From the human T2T-CHM13v2.0 reference genome, Homo sapiens, in NCBI RefSeq assembly GCF_009914755.1, contig NC_060937.1: a DNA stretch of 64,000 bases. The stretch is one strand, 5' to 3'. How positions within the stretch are numbered: position 1 is the first letter of the stretch; every line of letters begins with the position of its first letter. The translations under genes and the position numbers were made by a program. This document shows, piece by piece, positions 55,993-64,000 of this stretch. The notes beneath the pieces are model-generated. The model was not told the DNA's origin. It was given only the letters and a program-made list of their open reading frames with translations, and did not search any database.

Positions 55993-56362
55993 TGATTACA
56001 TCAGTATATTTGGATAAACTCATTATAAAATGTACATGTTTTCTACTTGATGCATTGACAAAAACACTTCTTCCTCCCAATCTAGTTCCTCAGAGAAGCA
56101 GCTGCAGTAGGGAATGCGGCCTTATAGAAAGGAACTGCAGGTGAGAGAATAGCAAGGGAATACTCACATCCACATGCCAGGAAGCATGAGTTGTACTGAT
56201 TGTGGGTTAATTGGGACCTGAAAATCCACTGAAACTTTTGCAGACCTTTAACATCAAAGGCCACCAATCATCTTAAGGTCTCTTCTGCATTTATTATTAT
56301 GTGACACTTTCTTGCAGAAAAATTACTGGTGAAAACTAAGAAACCAGTACATGGACTCCACA

Positions 56363-56377
56363 TTTTTTTGTTTTTGT

Positions 56378-56408
<31 letters not shown>

Positions 56409-56411
56409 GTT
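56363..56411. repeat. (TTTTG)n microsatellite
   Basis: Direct reading. Confidence 0.93.
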
Positions 56412-56627
56412 GGCATCAAATACTCTTAAAATTAAAAAAACTCCAATTTGTATTTAGCTTTTTAGAGTAGCATATATCAAACTCTTAGTTAAAAAGTGCA
56501 GAAATTCACGCCAAAAATAGAAATGAGAGCAGAGATATTGATAATGCACTAGACTTTTGTAAGACTGGAATAGTTGATAGTTGGCTGGTATATACTCTAA
56601 GACCACCATAGAATCTGCATCAGGCAG

Positions 56628-57000
56628 TGTATACTCAGTTATGCTGCAGTAACAAACACCCCCAAAGCCTCTGAGCCTTAAAAGCATCAGGGTTTCTTTC
56701 TGGCTCCACTGACCTTGCATCACCAACCATCTGGGGCTCTCCACTCACAGATCATCCCCGTCCATGATGGAAACACAGAGAGCAAGACAGTGGCTTACGA
56801 AGGTGCAGAACAGAGGTGTGTTCTGGGGGGAGTTTCCTAACATCAGTGGAATATTCAATCCGATAAGGACATGTGGGCCATATCTCACTGGCTAGAGCTG
56901 GTCGCATGGCACTGCTCCATGATGGGAATCAGGAATTGTGATCCTTCCAGGTACTCAGATGTGGGGAGAATAGGAAGATTCAGCAAACAGCACAGATGAG
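56628..57000 (-). mobile_element. Old MLT1-type MaLR LTR relic
   Basis: gttatgctgcagtaacaaacacccccaaa...tctcactggctagagctggtcgcatggc. Confidence 0.55.
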
Positions 57001-57687
57001 GCTGTATCATTTTCCTTTAGAATGTTTCTCCTAGCCTCAAAGCTGGTGCTGTAGGCTAAAAGATGAACCAGGGACAAGAGTGGGAACCATGGCAAGAAAA
57101 CCAAATGTCTCTGCCAGTTCTTGCTATGACGTGGGCAGTGATAACTCAGGGCCTCAGTGGACAGGTCATGGGCATTGTAGAAAAGATCCACAGATTCTGC
57201 AATTGTGGATAATTCCTCTTTCCGGTGATGCTGTCAGCTAAATAGCACTAGGGGAGAGAAAATGATTCCAGTGCCCTGAATCCATCATTTCAGCCTTGGA
57301 CACAAACTCAGAACAATGAAACAGTGCTAACAATGGTTTATTTACAGCGTCTAAATCATCTCAGTATGGCTCAAACTATTCCAAGCATAGATGGAATAAC
57401 ATTACTACTCAATGGGTATGTTTCAGAGTTGACCAGAAATTAAAGGTAGAACAGTGAGGCTTAAGGGCTACCCTCCAGATACCTCCAGAGAGAACTCACA
57501 ACACCTTATTACCAACTGGGCTGTGTCACCATCAGCCAATTACAGACATGCAATCATTTGATTTGGGGGTCTGTAGTGGAAATTCACTGGGTTGTAAAAT
57601 TGCAATACCAAACTCTCATGTTATTAAATTATATAATTGATTTGTGTTTTACATTAAGATGTGTATTTTTGTACAAACCTACCATAG

Positions 57688-57879
57688 TGAAGTGGTTCTC
57701 AAAGTCTAGTCCCTGGATAGCAGCATTAGCACAACTCAAGAACTTGTTAGGAATGCAGGTATTCAGGTCCAGACCCAGGCCTACAGAATCAGAAACTCTG
57801 AAAGGCCGGAGCTGAGCAATCTGTGGTTCAACAAGTACTCCAGGTGATTCCCATGCACGCTCAAGTGTGATAACCACTG
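57688..57879. mobile_element. MER5A hAT-Charlie element
   Basis: agtggttctcaaagt...cctacagaatcagaaactctg...agcaatctgtggttcaacaag...ccaggtgattc...aaccactg. Confidence 0.88.
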
Positions 57880-57918
57880 CCCTAGAACACGCTATTTTAG
57901 GATTAAAGGAAATCTTAA

Positions 57919-58377
<459 letters not shown>

Positions 58378-59624
58378 TGAGATGGGACCCCAGCATCATG
58401 TTTTAAAAAATACTTGCCAGGTGGTTCTAATGTACAGTGGAGGTTGAAAATCACTGATGTTAAACCCATCATTTCACTGATGTGCACAAGGAGGCCCTGG
58501 GAGGCTGAGTGGCCCAAAACCCAAAGCCAGTCAGCATGCACTCAAGCACAGTGAACTGTCTGTGTGGCATTGGTGGAACCCCATGTGCTGCATTATCACA
58601 CAAAATCAAATAATCAATGCATAGTTTCAAGATTCATAATCTGTTTTTGACCTGGATGAGTCACAAGCAGGCATCTCTGTTATTGCTTCAACTCTGAATT
58701 CACAATCTCTTCGCTTTCACAATGATCTTAGATGTTTAAAAATATACATAGAAAAATGGTTCACCTTGCAAGATGAAAAAACCTTTGACGTAATATTGAT
58801 GTAAGCAATGGACCAACAGGTCATCATTTTCTTGTTAAATTTAATTAGGATGCTTTCCTCCTTTTATCTTACAAATCAACAAGAATACATATTATGTATC
58901 AAGGACAGGATACGTATGATCCTTTAGAGTAAAAGACTGGATCTATTTTTATACTGGATGGCTCAACCATAAGTGTAATGCTCTTAATTTCTGAGTCAAT
59001 TTAATTTTCAAAGAAGTAGTGCGTAACTTTTGCTTTGATCTAAATATCAGTGTGGCCATTAAAGTGCCATGTGGAGACCATCGATGCAGCTCAGCACCCC
59101 TTTCTCCGGTTGACTTTTCCTCCCTGCACCTCCCTGGAATTGCAAGCCATGCCAGCAGCTGGACAACTGATGCGACTTTAGCTGCTTCAGGTTGTATGCT
59201 AGAAACTGCCATGCAAAGAAGCAGATGGAAAATGAAGGCGGTGGTTTTCAACCACGATATCTATTTTTCCATTTATATACAAAAGAATAATTTCACAGAT
59301 TGTACTTTTTTTATTTCCAACATCTACCATTAAGGATGATAGTTGTGGAGAATATGGAATTGATTCCACACCTCGGGGAGACAAAAGCACAATTCCAACA
59401 CAATTGTTTGATGATGTTTGAGATCAATATTTGCAAACCGGTGTTGTTTGTGACGTGATGTTTCTCCACCCCACCTTCCCGAGTGGCAGAAACCACACTC
59501 TCTGCTGGGAAATTGGATGTTCGTCACACAGGATGTTTTACAGTGGCATCTGCCCTTGTAACCTGATATTTTCTTCACTATCATGGGCTCGGTAATCACC
59601 AGCATGTCATAAAACAGGCTAGAG

Positions 59625-59638
59625 GTTACTATAGCAAC
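59625..59638. promoter_or_regulatory. RFX X-box motif
   Basis: GTTACTATAGCAAC is a near-palindromic match to GTTRCYNNRGYAAC; binding not demonstrated. Confidence 0.6.
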
Positions 59639-62600
59639 GCTAACCAAACCAACGTAGGGGAGGAGGCTTGTGGACCGGGAAATGTTGTCTTTGCAGCCCC
59701 TGACGTTCAGGGTTTGGAATACGACTCTAAACTGACCTATCACAATACAAGACATTTAGCTTTTCAGAAAGCATGGAGCTGCGGGGTGTTACGTTTCCAG
59801 ATAGGACTCGAAACCTCTTGCATAAATCAGCTCATTACAGAGGCCATGAAAAACATTTTCTGTATCAGTCATAATTTGTAAAAACAGGTGTCTGACCTCT
59901 ACTTTCAAAACCTCTTGATAGCCTAGGCCAGAGGAGTTTGGAAACAGCAAACAGGTCTGGTGAAGCGGAGCCCCCACCCTTTGCTGATGCAGCAGCCCTT
60001 TGAGAAGAGCTTGGTGGTCTTGCAGAACAGCACCTAAAAGGGAAGCCTGAGCACCATTTTCATTCTGGCCAAGGTGGCTTAACTGTTCTAAGAAGATGCC
60101 CGCCGGGAATCCTGACTCTCCCATACTGTACCTTCCTTTGTAGACTGTTGGCAGAATCAACAGCAGGCTTCCAGTCACACCCCTTCCGCTTTCGCTTCAT
60201 TTTTACTAAGTCCACCGGACCTGCCGGGTGTAGCAGAGAGCAGGAGGGAGTGGGCTGTTCTCACGTGCGGCTGCTGGGAACCCTCGCTCTGCCACTTACT
60301 CACCGCACCAGCGGGGACACACTGCTTATCTCCTCCAAGTCTCTTTCTTTGCTCGGAATGACACCCACCTTGCAGGGTTTGTAAGGAGGAAACGAGAAGA
60401 GAAAGATGAAGGTGCAAACTTGCAGCCAGGGTTGTTCTTAGAGCTACACGATCCTCACACGAGAGAGCTGGCCACGTGGGGCTCACTCCTTGCCCTAGGT
60501 CAGGGAGGGTCCTGTCCTGGCCTATATGCTATAGAGGCCCCCATTTCCGGTCCTCCTCTGGCCTTGCACTTTTAACGATCAAGGGGACATTGCCCCCTAG
60601 AGCTCATGCTTCCTTTTCCAGTCCCCTGGCTGCAGGCCCGGAACCTGGACGTCCCAAGGAAACAGTCTCCAGTTTACATCCGATGCCTGCAGGCGCGCAT
60701 TCCCCATCTACCTTGCTGAGGAGGACTCCAGAGTCCTAGGTAGCCAAGGGGTGGAGGTTTGTCGGGGAGTGAATAGAAACCAGATTCAAGGGCCAGGACA
60801 CACCTGCACACACCCAGGGCCCAGCGTGGGAAGGGGGGCCAGGCAAGCAGAGTCAACACTCCTTGCCTCTCCACATTCTAGCTTGGAAATTGGAAGAGTC
60901 TGAGAATTGTCCATTCCAATCTGGCCTTTTAGGTCAGTATCTGGATATGTGTGTCAAGGTAGGTAGACAGAATATATCATGTTTAACCGTTTTCTGGCTG
61001 GATAATTACTTTATAATATTTCTACAGATGTTACGAAGGCTCCATTTGTGTTGTTCAATAAGCCTTTGTAAGTGTCAGGGGCAGACTTTACACATATAAT
61101 ACATGCATCGTATATAACATAGGATGCACATGAACATCAAGGGACTATCACATATGCAACCCTTCAATTTGCTTATTGAAAATTCAAAAGGATTTTTATA
61201 GTGATTGACCAGGTAACCTCTGAATGGACACACGACACCCACAATAATAAGAAAATCTGGAAAGAATTCAGAATGGAGGTAAAAATAACAAAAATTTGCT
61301 CCGGGTAAAAAATATCCCATTTAAGCATCCCTCTTTCCTTCTTCCTAATGAGTTATCTACAATTGGTAATGCCACAGAAAACATGACAGCAATGCAAAGA
61401 ACTAAATATCCATGGTTGAACCAGAACATAAAGGTGGTATAGTTTGGGAGGGAGGGGTGGTAAAAATGTTCTGTTTTATATTAGAATTCATTTGAACCGT
61501 TTTTCCACCCTGACCTTAGATTGTCTACTTGTGATATGGATTCACCCAGCAGAGATGAATTAAGTTGTGCCAGGGACAGATTTTACAGGCAGAAAGAGCA
61601 GGTGGTTGCCTAGGGCAGTAAAATGTTTTAGTGACACTATTATGGGAGGGTCTGTAAGCTGTGAGGGGGCAGTGGGGGTTTGTGGCTTCTTTTCCCCATC
61701 TTGCCTAGAGCAGAAAAATCCCAGCAGCACCCTAGGGTGGTATCAGGCAGAACATTTGAATATATTTACATCTCTAATTGAATCTGGGGCAGAGAGTGGG
61801 GAGGAGAGAGCTTGCTTACTATTTCATGTGCTTCTGATGAGCATTTAACTTTTGCACAGCTCCTGTGACACCTCGTGGCTGGAAGAGACGCTCACCGAGC
61901 CAGTCTTTTGTGTAGGTGACATGAAGGTCACAACAGGATGTGCCGACACAGCAGACCAGAGGCACGGCTGGCACTCCTGCATTCCTCCTTCTTCCCCTGC
62001 CCCTCTCTAGAGAGGGAGTGTAGCAGCAGGACAATATGGTAGACCTCTGCTGACGCCGGTCCAAGTCCACACCTGGTTCCCCCAGCTGCCAACACCATCT
62101 GTTCAGGTTGTCTAATCTGAGGAAGACTCCGGGACAAGAGCACATTCTGAAAGCAAGCTGGTTCTTCCGCGGTGCTTATCCACTTTATGAAGGAAGCTGC
62201 TCGTGTGTTTTAGTCAAACCTAAGAGTTCATGAAATGCAAGTGAAGTGCAAGGTGACATAATGTGCCATACAAGGAACGGGATGAGCCCAAGTGGATGCT
62301 GGTCAGAAACTGATGCTGTGTTCTGTAGATGGTGCTATGTGAAATTATGAAATTATCATTCACAAGTTCAAGTTCGTCATAGGAGACAGAACGGGGCGGG
62401 ATAATAAGCTGTCCAGAGGAAGTCTGGAGGCTTGATCTGCTGAGATCTAATAAATTTTAGGAACCACTGAAGAAGGGCATCTTCAATTAGTCAAGACACT
62501 TGGAAAAGTCTCCAGAGTCAATTCAAGGCCACAAAGGGAAGTCTTCTGACTGAAGAGACTCCGTGGACATGAGACCATAGCTAGTCACATTTGTGTCCCT

Positions 62601-64000
62601 AGGAGGGTACTGTATAGCCAGTACATGACACTCTCCTTTCCATCACAGGCAGTGCAGCTACAAAGAGAACGACTTTAGATGGCGAGACTATGGCAAGGAA
62701 AGCTAATGACAGGACTCTTTCCAAATGTCTCTCACTGGGAGAAGCATTCCATCATACTTGGGAACTATAGTTTGGCATCCTCTCAAACCAGATCCTTCCC
62801 TAGGTCAGCAAAATATTTTTCCTCTCTTTTTTCAAAGTAATTTTATTTTATTTTTCTGATTTCCTGGGTATATTTGTTTGGTTTCTTTTAAAGTACTTCC
62901 CAATTAACAAAATGTACTCTACACATAGAGCCCAAGGGATCTATTCTTATGTCAATATGTCCACATAATTCACTCTTATTACCATTAATGGGAACTAAAT
63001 ATGCACATCAAAGGAAAAGATCCCTGCACAACCTAAATGAATAAGCTTCATTAATGCAATGTTATGGCTTATTTTTTCTGAGAAAATGCATTTAAACCTA
63101 AAGGTTAAAACAAATCTGCCAGCAGACAGAAGAGTCAAAGTCAACCCAAAGGGACTGAAAAGATGAAGTGTGTCAGGACTGCGAGACTACATTGGAGCTC
63201 GAGGTCCAAGGCTTCTGGGGGAAATGTGGGACCTTAAGTCAATTGCAAAATGCTCTGTGACCACAGGCAGTTGTCCATGGGTCCAAGAAGAGGTGGTAAG
63301 GAGCTGCACCTTGAAGACAGAGGTAGACACTTAACAAAATGCTTAATTTTTCTGCAATAAAAAGTAACAAAGCCCACAACATAAAATACATAAAATATAT
63401 AAAACAAAGCCCACAATAAAAAATAAAAAGTAACAAATCCCACAATAACACAGTTATGGCACAATTTCTGTGCCATAACAGGGTACATGTGTTTTCTTTA
63501 TGCCTGTGTAAAACATGGTCTTGTGCATACTTGTTCATTATTATTATTAAAATCCTGGTGCTATTGTGAATAGATGAAAATCAAATTTGGACTACATTTA
63601 TTTGTATGTTCATAAAAATACAAGGTCAATGACACAGGAAGAAAACAAAAATATCACATTTGGGATGCCTTGCCTTCTTTCTGGATTGCCTGTTACTGCA
63701 TACCTTGTCTGGCACTTTTTATTGGTGTTTTCTTAGACAATTGGTAAAAGCTGAGACATATTACTAGATAATGAGAAAAACTGGATTTTGGTTTCATGAA
63801 TAAAAATGTCTATGCCTATTTGAAGAGTGAAGGCAATATAATCAAATCCTCACAGTGAAAAAGCAAGTCATGGTGCTTGCAGGTTTAATGCACCGGTTGA
63901 ATTTAAGCCTGTGCAAAGTTAGCCTTGAAGACGAGCCAACCATGGGCTAAGAACCAGGTGAAAGTATTAACATGAGCCACTTGCTTTGTCTGTGCTCACT

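Noticed and set aside
58949-60178. 100-141 aa ORFs on both strands
   Set aside because: No recognised motifs; lengths compatible with chance.

Overview
Primate (hominoid, most likely human or great-ape) non-coding genomic DNA. The evidence is many Alus, a full-structure SVA, an LTR12 solo LTR, THE1/MLT2 LTRs, L1PB/L1M, L2, MIR and MER DNA-transposon relics. I find no recognisable protein-coding gene, tRNA/rRNA gene or CRISPR array and cannot name the locus; nearly all long ORFs come from repeats. The main structure is a ~10 kb nested retroelement stack at 42.9-52.8 kb: an ERVL provirus relic interrupted by MLT2B>THE1D and by an internally deleted L1PB that itself carries LTR12 and AluSp. I cannot claim a new biological system. 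The best leads are an LTR12 with a canonical TATA box upstream of a strong splice donor, a compact tRNA-like three-way fold (54.7 kb), an orphan 22-bp-stem hairpin (18.6 kb), three CpG-retaining RFX/CRE/MYB motif patches with nearby non-coding exon candidates, a 1.7 kb CA-rich array seeded with CCCTAA, and several repair or duplication scars. Repeat names and subfamilies are recognised from memory of consensus sequences, not from a database search, and boundaries of old elements are approximate.
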